This document shows positions 1 to 11,382 of a stretch of 64,000 nt of DNA, in pieces. Positions within the stretch are counted from its first letter, which is position 1. Every line of letters starts with the position of its first letter. Made by a program: the position numbers and the translations under genes. Source of the DNA: Octopus bimaculoides (taxonomy: Eukaryota); NCBI RefSeq assembly GCF_001194135.2, contig NC_068987.1, positions 24,579,587-24,643,586 of the forward strand. Direction: 5' to 3'. The notes beneath the pieces are model-generated. The model made no database searches. It was not told the DNA's origin and saw nothing but the letters and a program-made list of their open reading frames with translations.

Positions 1-889
1 GTATATATGTGTATATATATGTGTATATATGTGTATATATATATGAGTATATATATGTGTATATCTTATCTTATTTTTACTGGTTATCTTATCTTATTTT
101 TATTGGTTCATTTGGTCTTCGTCTTCGCTAATCGTGCCATGNNNNNNNNNNNNNNNNNNNNNNNNNNNNNNNNNNNNNNNNNNNNNNNNNNNNNNNNNNN
201 NNNNNNNNNNNNNNNNNNNNNNNNNNNNNNNNNNNNNNNNNNNNNNNNNNNNNNNNNNNNNNNNNNNNNNNNNNNNNNNNNNNNNNNNNNNNNNNNNNNN
301 NNNNNNNNNNNNNNNNNNNNNNNNNNNNNNNNNNNNNNNNNNNNNNNNNNNNNNNNNNNNNNNNNNNNNNNNNNNNNNNNNNNNNNNNNNNNNNNNNNNN
401 NNNNNNNNNNNNNNNNNNNNNNNNNNNNNNNNNNNNNNNNNNNNNNNATATATGTGCATATATTAATATATATCTGTATTTCACTATTAAAAGTGAAACT
501 ATAATCTCACATTACATATATACATGCATACATACATGCATGCATACATACATACATACATACATACATATGTACACTAATCTATAGAGAGAGTGTTATT
601 GATATCTCTATATTTACATCTTCCTCCAACCATTCATCTGTTAGTTGTGGTTTAATATTTGACATGACTCTCATCCCTATTGCACACAGATAGGAACAGA
701 CAAACACGAAACTCATAGATTCAACTTCTCTGCTCCTTTTTTTAAAGTTCCTATTATTATTTTCTCTCTGCACTGATGAGTACTATGATAATTTTCAAAT
801 TCAAATATGAATTCATATCTATGTACGAAACAATTGTATGCATGATTAAACTTCTTACAACTTTTTAACATCTTATATTCTCCATTTTA

Positions 890-1330
890 GACTTCTTTAT
901 GTAGATGTTCTCATTCATATGCATCACATGTCCAAACCAATGTAGTCTTCTCTCTTGCATGCTACATTTGATTCCTCTTACGCCCAACTTTTCTCTCAAT
1001 ACATTTGCACTTTGTTGTACATATGCACTGATGTTTCACATCCAGTGGAGCATACTATCTTCATTTTTCTCCAGTCTATGCATGTCTTTTGCATTCAGAG
1101 CCCATGTCTCACTACCATGGAAAATAGCTGTTTGCACACAAGCATCATACAGTCAACCTTTCACTCTGAGAGAGAGCCCTTTTTTTGCCAACATAGGTTA
1201 TAGCTTTCTGAACTTCCTCCACCATATTCTTATTCTAGAAACAATACTTTCAGAACATCCTCCACCATTGCTAATTTGGTCACCTAGGCAACCAAAACTA
1301 CCCACAACCTCAAGAGATCCTCTTGGTCAT
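890..1330 (-). mobile_element. Degenerate RTE-clade LINE ORF2 C-terminal fragment
   Basis: The minus strand gives LEVVGSFGCLGDQISNGGGCSES...HGSETWAL...LHWFGHV, homologous to the cleaner copies at 17545 and 32711, with stops and frameshifts. Confidence 0.8.
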
Positions 1331-1949
1331 TTGAGAGAATCTAAGTTCTGTGTGCTCTTAGTGCTTATTGTTCCTGCATGCATGCACACACACATGCAGG
1401 CATGCAGGCACGCATAAATATGTTAGGCATTAGGAAGGATATCCAGACATAGCAACCATGTTAAAACAAATACTGGAACTTGACACAGTCCTCTGATCTA
1501 TCTAATCCTGTCAAACCATCCTATGCTGTGAGACTGGACCTGAAACCACATGGCCATCATCATCAACATTCAACACCTGTGCTCCATGCTAGCATGGAAT
1601 GGACAGTTTGACAGGAACCAATGTGCTTAAGGACTGCAACATGTTCCAGTGTCTGTTTTGGGGTGATTTCTACAGTCGGATGCTCTTCATAATGCCAACC
1701 ACTTTACAGTGTGGACTGTGTACTTTGTTCATGTCATCTGCACTATTGAGATTGCCATGCAGCTCTCAGAATTTCAAATCCTGGGGTGGGGGCCCAGCTT
1801 CATGCTAGGGGATGAGGGGTTTGATCTATAAGAAGGGGAGTGGGGGATTTGCATGGCATCTCACATCTAGGAGGGAAAAGAGAGAGAGAAAGAGAAAACA
1901 AACAGTAGCAGCTGAAAGTGAAAGGTAATGGTGATGAGGCGCCTAAACT

Positions 1950-2081
1950 GTAGTCATGGCTGTGTAGTTAAGAAGTTTGCTTTGCATTCGTGTGGTTTTT
2001 GGGTTCTGTCCCATTGTGCAGCACCTTGGGCAAATGTCTTCTGCTGTCATTCCACATTTGTGTATGTATGCATACATATAT

Positions 2082-2121
<40 letters not shown>

Positions 2122-2745
2122 GTATGTTTATGTCTGTCTGTCTGTTCATCTTTCTCTCTCTCTCTTTCCCTCTCTGTCTGCTCTGCTGGATGTGCAGTGT
2201 CATTGTGTATGTGTGTCAGACTGTGTTTTAAGAGAAAAATTGAGTATAAGAGGCATCGGATGTAGTGCAAGATAGAAGATTGTGCTGATATAGTCATGTA
2301 GTGCGCATGGATGAGAACAGCTGCATAAAGAAGTGCTGATCTCAAATTGTGAAGGGAACCTGTAGAAGGGGTAGATCCATGATGTTCGGTTGTTGCGCCT
2401 TACAGAAGCAGTGACAAGTGATTGAGACTTCTGGCAATTTGCCATGTTTGAGAAGATATGTCAATCTAAGTGAATCATGGTTTGTGCCAGTGACATGTAA
2501 AAGGCACCTGCGCTGGTGACACATAAAAAGGCACCTGTGTCAGTGGCACATAAAAAGTATCCATGCCAGTGGCATGTAAAAACACCCAGTATACTCTGTA
2601 AAGTGGTTGGCATTAGGAAGGGCATCCAACCATAGAAACCAAGCCAAAAGAGACTGCTGGAGCCTGGTGCAGCTCTCCAGCTTACCAGTCTCTGTCAAAT
2701 TGTCTAACCTATGCTAGCATGGAAAACTGACATTAAATGATGATG
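1950..2745 (+). mobile_element. SINE head, then (CA)n, then a 5'-truncated RTE end with 3'UTR and (GAT)n tail
   Basis: SINE motif GCACCTTGGGCAAATGTCTTCT; LREKLSIRGI RTE peptide; stem-loop units at 2487-2590; tail TTAAATGATGATGATGAT. Confidence 0.75.
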
Positions 2746-2885
2746 ATGATGATGATATATATGAGATATACATGTGCTCTGAAGTGCAACATGTAACCAA
2801 AGAATAGGCTCAATAGTAGGACCTATACTCCACTCCTATATCCAGTGTAGCGTGGCAGCAGATATCAAACCACACAGTAGCCTAG

Positions 2886-3510
2886 TGGGATCTAGTTCAA
2901 AACGGGGGCACCAGTATTTTCTTAACGAAACACTTTGAAACTTGGGACACTGGTAGAATGTGTCATATAAAACATCTTTTTCTCTTAGTCTTCTTAACAA
3001 AAAAACGTACATCGCAAGTTATTTCATGTTAAAGTTGTCGTATTTCTGTAATTTCAACCAATGACTGACGTCCATTCAGTCAAATACAGTAAGTGCTGAC
3101 TACGTAAACAAATGATTCTCAAACGATTCTGGCGGTGATAAAATTATTATTTCCTTGTCAAAAAATGGCTGAAGCATATTGGCAGTAGGGTTAGGGTTAG
3201 GCAGTAGCTAATAAACCTTTCATACAGTTCAGGCAGATGTTAACAAAATTATAAATGGAGATTAAATACGCTTTACACTGCTTAAGCTGCCAAAGGAGTA
3301 ACTGTAAACAGCTGAATACTTGTCAGTGATTGGTTGAAATTATCGAAATAAGACAATTTTTTACATGAAATAACTCCGAATACAAAAATTTTTTTCTGTT
3401 CTATAACACAAAATAGATAAGTATACGAAATTTGAAAGTCTTTTGGTACCAAAAACACTACATAAAACATAAATGAAAACTGGTGCCCCCCGTTTTGAAC
3501 TAGATCCGCC
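2886..3510. mobile_element. Non-autonomous DNA transposon (MITE) with ~28-bp TIRs
   Basis: GGATCTAGTTCAAAACGGGGGCACCAGT at the left and its reverse complement at the right, flanked by TAG on both sides. A second internal inverted repeat lies at about 3020-3070 and 3320-3375. Confidence 0.85.
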
Positions 3511-3714
3511 TAGTGTGTGGAATATGACTTATGCAATAATATTAATAAAATACAGTTTTCAATACTGAAGAGGTGAATTAACACGATTATATAATGTTTC
3601 AACAAGCAAATTGCTGAAATGTGTGTATGTTTTATAAATCATAAAATACCTTATATATTTTCTGTATGTTTTTAATAATATTATATATATATACACACAC
3701 ATACATACATACAT

Positions 3715-4330
3715 GATGGCCGTCCACTCGTGACTGAGGAAGACCATTGCCGACCTTCAGGAACATTCTGCGCTCTAGTATATATAGGAAAAAAACAAAA
3801 ACAAAAAAAAAAAACACATGTCAAGCAGAGGTCGGCAATGCCTGTGCTGAGGTTTAGGTCCACTGAGGCTTGCACAACACCTCATAGACCCTCTCCACTT
3901 TATTGACATTATCCAGAGACAAGCCGGAGCAAGATGTCTGGTGCCAATATAAGTCACAGGCTCAGAGATGTGGGAGCGCCGTAATCTCTAGCACAAACCA
4001 AAGATCCCCAAAATGTCCAATGCCATTCCCTGCATATATTTGGTTTTATATCAGAGTGACCTTCTCCTAGAGACATGCTTCAACAAAAGCTGAGGGGCGC
4101 CTCACTCCCAGTGGTCTTTCAGCACGCCAGACACCATCCCGGAATTTCTGCGTACCCGTGCTATTGCTAGATAGCCGTTGAGCCTGTACTAGGTCCATCC
4201 GAGCTTTCGACAGGTCTTGTTTTTAATCCTGCAGGGTTTCTAGCAACCCTCCTCACCAGGGTAGCCTGGTGGGGGGTGCCAGTTTAGTAGTCGGCAACCC
4301 GACCATGCAACAGGTTGTACTGGATTACAT
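3715..4330. repeat. GC-richer interspersed repeat fragment, unclassified (possibly a LINE 5'UTR)
   Basis: Abrupt compositional shift between microsatellites and no convincing ORF. The class is a guess. Confidence 0.35.
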
Positions 4331-4733
4331 GTTACCAGTAGCACTTATGAGAGCCTCATACGTGACCTGACATACATACATATGTACATACAGACATACA
4401 TGCATGCATGTGTGCACGCACATACACACACACACACACACACACATACACACACACACACACACACACAAGTATATGTATGTGTGTGATATCATACTGT
4501 AATTGACAGGAAACATTATTGCCATCATATGAACATTGTTGATAGTTTGCAATTTTTCATGAAAAAAAATGACCAGACAAGGAGAAAATATCACCTTTGG
4601 AAACAGGGATTGGTTGGTGACAGGAAAGCCATCCAACCATAGAAAATCTACCTCAGTGAGTTTTGTCATATCCATGCATGCTTGGGAAAGTAGTTAAAAT
4701 GGTGATAATGATGTGTGTGCATGCACACCTGTG

Positions 4734-4780
<47 letters not shown>

Positions 4781-4796
4781 ACACACACACACACAG

Positions 4797-4828
<32 letters not shown>

Positions 4829-5154
4829 TTTACAGTCATCCTACAGTTTCCATGTACCAGTTCTGTTCATAAGGCATTTGTCAGCCTAGTCCTAATGTAG
4901 AAGACACCTGTGTGCCATGCTGGAAGAATGAACCTTAATGTGGTTGCAAAACAAACTTAATCACACAGCCATGTTGGCATCTCCCCATTAAAATTAATTA
5001 TTTTAATTTTATTTTATGCATCAAGAGCACCAAAATATTTTAGTTACTTTAAAGTGTGCTACAAGAAAACCTGATTTAGGAACCAATGCTATGGTGTATG
5101 GCATAAATGAATATTAATCATTTAATGTAACTAGTTTGGTGTGTTTAAGCTTTT

Positions 5155-5372
5155 AACATTTAGGCACACTATACCTGACCTCAAATATTCTACCTTTTTT
5201 ATTTGCAAACTGGCCAGATCTGGCCTCTCATACCTATCCTATAATGTCATTCTCAAAATAAACAACCAGATCAATTGGAATCTTGAAGCTATGAGGTAAT
5301 GCATAATTCATTCAAAATATGTGAACAAATAAGCATTAAATTTGACAGAGTAATCTGAATACTGAAGGGTTA
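5155..5372. mobile_element. piggyBac-type MITE copy
   Basis: Same family as 46812-47028 and about 26860-27010. Ends ...CTGAATACTGAAGGG|TTAA. Confidence 0.65.
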
Positions 5373-6409
5373 AAAGTTGGTGAGCAATGGGAAAGAAACT
5401 ATCAATGGTTTACTATAATGGTAACTAACTCCATGTTATTTCAATTTTTCCTTTCGTTCACCAGAGATTGTTAAAGCCATACAAGTAATATACTGGGCTT
5501 GATTTGTTCAGCTATAACTATTTACATATAAGAAAAACTCAAAAGAAAAAAAATGGGAGATTTTAACTAATCTAAAGTAATCAATGTTGTTTAATCAATA
5601 TAGCTATGAATATTGTGTAGTTGACATGATACAATGAAGGCCATATGACTCAAACCTTCAATATCATGTGATGCAACACGGATCATATGACTCAGACTTA
5701 TCAAATGATTTCAAGTGGAACTACATTCACTGAAAAGTGAAGATGGTAGTGCAATATGTCTGGACTATCATATTATGCTAGGTAGAGTCATATAGGGTGC
5801 AATATATTTGATGCACTAGATCTGTGGATAGGGTCTAATTGTTCAACAATGTATATATCACAGGTCTTTTGGGCTAAGGATCATCTGGATCTGCACAAGC
5901 AACATCAAAAAATATGTCTGAACTTTTGTTTTATTCTACATAATTGTAGTAATACTAAATGAAACATTTTTATTACAGTCAGGCAATGCTGATGGTAGTC
6001 TAGGTCATGTAACATAGTGGTAGGTCATATGATACTGTATTAATGATCACATGATGTTGATCTTACTGCACTGGTGGTTAAATTGTATATTTGCACTGAA
6101 GGGTTTCTGAGACAAATCTGTTGTGGATTATAAATCGTGTTTGTAGTTCAATGATTTATATGTATACTAGAATACTTATGTTGTCAGTAATGACAGCTAC
6201 TGTTTTACTAAAATGAATATTTGATTTTTTTCCAATTGGAAGTTTTGTTGTAAAATGTACGTGATGAAAGTTGCTAACAAGAGTATGAGGATATAAATAA
6301 AAATGGTAAAATAACAGGAAAATAGTTGTTCATTTGTATCACATTATTTACATCATTTCTCCTTCATCTCAAATTTTGAGCCTTTTACAACTTCATACTT
6401 CTATCTTTT

Positions 6410-6880
6410 TCATTTAATCTTTCTTGAGCATGTATTCTCTCATTCCCTCTTCTAAAATTTCTTTCATCTTCTGTTTCATTTGCATGTCTTACTTCAGCTG
6501 TATGCCTTAAATGTTCTAATCTTTTTTCAATTTCTTCATCAGTTTCATTATTGATTCTTTGAGTTGCTCTGTCTCATTTTTACCAGTCTTCTTTCTTCCT
6601 CAGTTTAATTTTGCAACATAGTTCTATGTCTAACACTCATTTCTTCTAGTTTTGTTAATTTTTGCTCCTCACTCTTATCCTGTAGCCTAATTAAAACTCT
6701 CTATCTAGCCTCTTCCCTTATTTTCTTATTCCTCTTCAGCAGTATTATTCATTTGTATTTTGTATCTCTATCTTGTAGCCTTCTTCTCTTAGTTTTGTCT
6801 TGGCTTTCTTGTAAGCCTTGCAGCCTCATAGCCTGTGCTTGCTGTTCTTGTCTCTGCACTGCTTGGTCAACACTCTGACA
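6410..6880 (-). pseudogene. Decayed ORF of ~23-aa charged tandem repeats (STPR-like)
   Basis: The minus strand gives DKSEEQKLTKLEEMSVRHRTMLQ, NETDEEIEKRLEHLRHTAEVRHA and NETEDERNFRRGNERIHAQERLN. Unit starts at 6679, 6610, 6549 and 6480 give spacings of 69, 61 and 69 bp. Contains stops and frameshifts. Confidence 0.55.
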
Positions 6881-7734
6881 TGCATGTTGTGATGCATGGG
6901 GAAAAATAAAAAAAATGTTTATTCTGGAGTTTTATAATGAGTTGTATGTGTACTATGACAACAATTATAAATTTTGTTTCAATAATTAAGTGTTATATAT
7001 TCTCTCATATAAGTTGCTCTGTCAGCATGCTGCCTTACTGCTATTTTTAGGCCTTTGTTTCTGACTCTTCACCAACATTCCATAGTAGAAGAGACTGAAA
7101 AAAATGTCATGAAGTATGTAAGATTTTTAGTGGCCTTAGTTGGAAAAAAAATAATCAAATCAAACTTAATTATCAGTAACTTACCTCAAAAGGATTGTTT
7201 GACCTGCAATAATAATGAAGAAACCGCTTCTAAATGTTGTAATGCATGGTGAAAAATGAAAAATTAATTGTTCATTTTGGAGATTTATAATGAGTTGTAT
7301 GTATACAATGACAATATAATTTATGATATCAATGAAATATACATTTTGTTTCAATAAAAAAGTGTGTTATATATCAATATGTAGAATGTATTGCATATAT
7401 ACATAGAAATACATACATGAGTAATAAATAAAGAAGCTAAAATTGAATACATGATACCTCTCAGTAAGTTGAATAAAAAGATTATAGTAAATATAATGGA
7501 ATGTATAAAATAGAATAAAATTAAATAAATGAATAAATGTATATACTAAAATACTAAAAGGTGTATTAAATATATAAATTGATGACACAAAGCATATCAT
7601 ATACATTGATTAGAGTTACCTATGAGAAAATTAATTTGATCAGAGCTTATGAACATAAAAGCATTAATTGAGCATTATGAGACATAAAAGATAACAAAAT
7701 CAACTTTCGAATACAAAAACTAAATATAACATGG

Positions 7735-8016
7735 TCAATGCCAGGTTCGCCTGACTGGCTCCTGTGCTGGTGGCACGTAAAAAGCACCATCTGAACATGA
7801 TCGTTGTCGGGTCCGCCAGACTGGCTCCTGTGCCAGTGGCATGTAAAAAGCACCCACTACGCTCTTGGAGTGGTTGGTGTTAGGAAGGGCATCCAGCTGT
7901 AGAAACATTGCAAAATTAGAATGGAGCCTGGTGCAGTAACTGGCTCTCCAGACCTCAGTCAAACTGTCCAACCCATGCCAGCATCGAAAACGGACGTTAA
8001 ACGATGATGATAATGA
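7735..8016 (+). mobile_element. RTE LINE 3'UTR fragment with (GAT)n tail
   Basis: GTGGTTGGTGTTAGGAAGGGCATCCAGCTGTAGAAAC...GGACGTTAAACGATGATGA, shared with many other copies in the window. Confidence 0.8.
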
Positions 8017-9567
8017 TGAACCCCAGCCAGAAGTAGAGTCCCTGTTGAATGATTTAAGAAGGGGAATAACTTCCACAACTTCAATGGGTTGGGTTTTGCT
8101 CACAATATATCATCATCATCATCATCATCATTATCATCATCATCATCATCATCATAAGAATCATCATCATTTAATGTCCATTTTCCATGATGGCATGGGT
8201 TATATATCTGTACAGATACACACAATATATTATATACATTGATTTGCAAATTAAGCTAATTCTTAAATATATAGAAAACATGAAATACTGTTAAAAGAGT
8301 AGTTATTAGATTGTTTTTATGATTTATTTCTTCAAATCCATATATTTGCATTGGGTGTCAAAACAAGTTTTAACAAAATATGTGTTAATATCACAGTACA
8401 CAAAATACATTAATAAACTAGTGTATAGTTTGCTATTACATGTTTTATAGACTAGTCAGAAACTGTGGGGTAATACCTGTGATATATGCAGAAGCTCCCA
8501 TATGAGTAATACTGAAGTCGTTGTTATCTTGAACATCTATTGTTCAGTGTCTGTAGGAACAAAGAAAGCATAGATGAAGAAGGATTTCCAGAGAATTACA
8601 GTTTTAGGGAAGGAAAAACTAGGAAAAAGTACTGAGAATGGGATCTGGAAGATGTGTGACAGAAAGGGTGACAGGAAGAAGAGGAGAGACAGATAGATGC
8701 AGGACTGCATTCCAAAGGCTGGCCTCATATCCAGGGCCATAAGATATTTCAGCCCCCAACAGCTGTTGATACTCTACTAGGCTCAAATGAGGCCTGTGAG
8801 TACTGCTCTTACATTTGGTATGGTGCTGCCATTACATGTACAGACATCTTAGACTGCATATAGAAAAAGGCCACTTAACTGATTGGCATTGAATTACTAA
8901 TGGATGTGCTGCAGCTTCTTGCTTGCCGGTATGCTGTCTCCTTTCTCTGTCTTTCCTATTGTTATTGTGATGGCTGCTGTCCATCAGAGCTAGCTATTCT
9001 TGAACCTCCACTACTCAGGCACCTCTGATGTGCTTGTCTCTTCATTTGTTGTCATCCTTATTGATTCTAACACCTCTGGTTCTGCACTAACCACTGTACC
9101 TAGTTCTTTCTTCCCAAGACATTGGCCTTCTGGAGTCTCCTTGCTCATTTCTTTCCTTCAGGTGTTGACCTGAAACAGTTTAAACAGAACATTAATGGCA
9201 TCAGATTCACTGGTCTCAGAGGACCTGCAGAGGTCATGAGTACTGCTCTTTCATTCAAACTCAACAAGTAATCCCACTGCCAAACCCAACTCCTTAAGTC
9301 TTCTTACCCCCTACTCCCACCACCCTCCATAAAAGGTAGCTAGTTTTTTTTTAATGGTTTAATATGGAGGAAGGCATGCACAAAATCTTTACTGGTCTCT
9401 CTCTACATACAAAACTACTGAGACTGATATAATTACTGTTATTCTTGAATAACTGTAAGTTGATGTGTTACAGGGAGAAGATAGGCAGAGAATTTTTTAC
9501 CTTCATATTCAAACTTAATATCAGCTTTGCCCTGTGAATAACTTGCATCCCAGTTTGTGCAGTTAAA

Positions 9568-9617
<50 letters not shown>

Positions 9618-9618
9618 A

Positions 9619-9915
9619 ATGAATCTCAACCATCTTTTTGTGTGCACTATTTGTGACAGACCATACCTTTCTTTTGCTGGGCTCAGATCTCATTTGCGGA
9701 CCTATGAAAAATGAACCACCTCTAATTACTGTGCCTATCTATCTGTGCATACCTGTCAATGCCATGTATATCATAAGATCTGCAAATCTAATGGAGGCCT
9801 CAAAAGACATTTTAAGATCCACAACAATCAGAATTTAACTGTTGCTCTTGGTAGACCAAAGCAGATATGCAATTTATGTGGGTGTCTTTTCAAAACATTG
9901 TCTAGTTTAAGATGC
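9619..9915 (+). pseudogene. Remnant of three C2H2-like zinc fingers, probably the C-terminal end of a LINE
   Basis: CTICDRPYLSFAGLRSHLRTY; CHVYHKICKSNGGLKRHFKIH; CNLCGCLFKTLSSLR. No TGEKP linkers; interrupted by a stop and by a SINE. Confidence 0.5.
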
Positions 9916-10125
9916 CAGTCTTTTGACTGTGAGCTGCTAGATGCAGGAGGAATGATTGAGAGAAACTTGTCTCGAAAGAGTCAGCAGAAGTTCGCCATTA
10001 CCTTCTGCTGGAGTCATGTAGAGCTTTGGTGTTTCGCTCATAAACACACACATCGCCTGGTCTGAGATTCGAACCCACAATCCTTTGACCTCAAGTCTGC
10101 TGCTCTAACCACTAGGCCATGTACC
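9916..10125 (-). mobile_element. tRNA-derived SINE (internally deleted copy)
   Basis: Minus-strand head ATGGCCTAGTGGTTAGAGCAGCAGACTTGAGGTCAAAGGATTGTGGGTTCGAATCTCAG carries A and B boxes. Confidence 0.75.
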
Positions 10126-10134
10126 TCCACTTTG

Positions 10135-10181
<47 letters not shown>

Positions 10182-10439
10182 CATAATCACAAACATTCCT
10201 AATTATTTCATTGGAATGGATGTTAGAATGATTGAGAGACATTGAGATGTGTTACATTGAACCTTTTTGTTGGATACAAGGATGATAATGGGGCATTTTA
10301 AAAAGACTGCATAGGTTGGAAGATGGTATGAAATTGTGGGGGGCAGTTTAATATGTCTGTGGGAAAAGAGAGCAGAGTTTGACTAGTTAAACAAATTTCC
10401 TTGAGTTTGATCATTTAGATATCTTTTACTTGTTTCAAT

Positions 10440-10597
10440 CACCAGACTGTGGCCATGCTGGGACACTGCATTGAAGAATTTTTAATCAAATGCACCAAAC
10501 CTAGTACTTCTCTTATAACTTTGGTACTTATTCTATCAATCTCTTTTGCTGAACTGCTAAGTTATGGGGATACAAACACCAGTTGTCAAGCAGTAGT

Positions 10598-10644
<47 letters not shown>

Positions 10645-10760
10645 GGGCTTTTTTCAGTTTCTGTCCACCAAATCCACTCACAAAGCTTTGGTCAGACTGG
10701 CACTAGTTAGACAACATTTACCCAAGGTTGTCATGCAGTAGAACTGAACCTGGAACAACA
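10440..10760 (-). mobile_element. SINE of the abundant family with an internal (TG)n
   Basis: Reverse complement of the CCTTGGGCAAGTGTCTTCTACT / GTGAGTGGATTTGGTAGAC family seen at 14357, 17370 and 27100. Confidence 0.7.
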
Positions 10761-10953
10761 TAGCCTTGAGAAATGAAAAAAGCAACAAGTCAAGTGACTA
10801 GATTATATAAGGTGAACTCGTGGTCCATGCTACTAGAAGGAGATCGTTTTATGTAACATTTGTTTGATATTAGCCATTGTTTTTACCTTGGAATGTTGTT
10901 TCTGTTAACCACTCAACTAGTTTTATAATGTATGTTATATTTTCTATTTACAG

Positions 10954-11128
10954 TGAGAAACTGTTTATGCAAATGGCAGATCATGTGGCAGCTGATGGCT
11001 TCAGAGATGTCGGTTATGAATATATAAATATTGATGACTGCTGGTTAGCAAAAGAAAGAGACGCGAAAGGACGTTTGCAGGCTGATCCCAAAAGATTTCC
11101 TAATGGTATTAAAAAACTGGCACAATAT
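10954..11128 (+). CDS. NAGA: GH27 alpha-N-acetylgalactosaminidase, first visible coding exon (175 bp; an upstream exon is missing from the visible sequence)
   Basis: tttacag|TGAGAAA...CAATAT|gtaagt. Encodes (S)[58 protein letters not shown], including the GH27 IDDCW and DPKRFP motifs. Confidence 0.95.
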
Positions 11129-11382
11129 GTAAGTTTCTTTGAAAATTTATAACATAACAAAATAAAGCAATTTAGCCTTTCACAAGGAAAAGAGATTTAT
11201 TGCTATAGTGTCTACTTTTGGTTTTTGAAGTGTTAAGAAGTGGTAGATTTATCTATTACTGATTGGGGTTGTTAGATTACTTTAGGTAAATTTTCCAGCA
11301 AACGTTGTGGCTATTTTGGAAACACAGTAAGTTGGGTAAACTGACAGTAGGTAGAGAGTTAAATGCAAGATATCATGCTTGA

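Noticed and set aside
7-504. Long ORFs containing X runs, here and at 17788, 25741, 31870, 34068, 36109, 59738 and 63247
   Set aside because: They are open only because they cross N gaps and (TA)n or (CA)n tracts.
3186-3201. TTAGGG repeats as an interstitial telomere
   Set aside because: Fewer than three units, located inside a MITE.
8045-8242. ORF with ...TSMGWVLL and poly-His as a candidate NAGA first exon (expected LDNGL..TPPMGW)
   Set aside because: Only MGW matches. There is no signal peptide, no WERF/CxxDC motif and no donor site, and the poly-His is a (CAT)n repeat. The real first exon is probably upstream of the window or in a gap.
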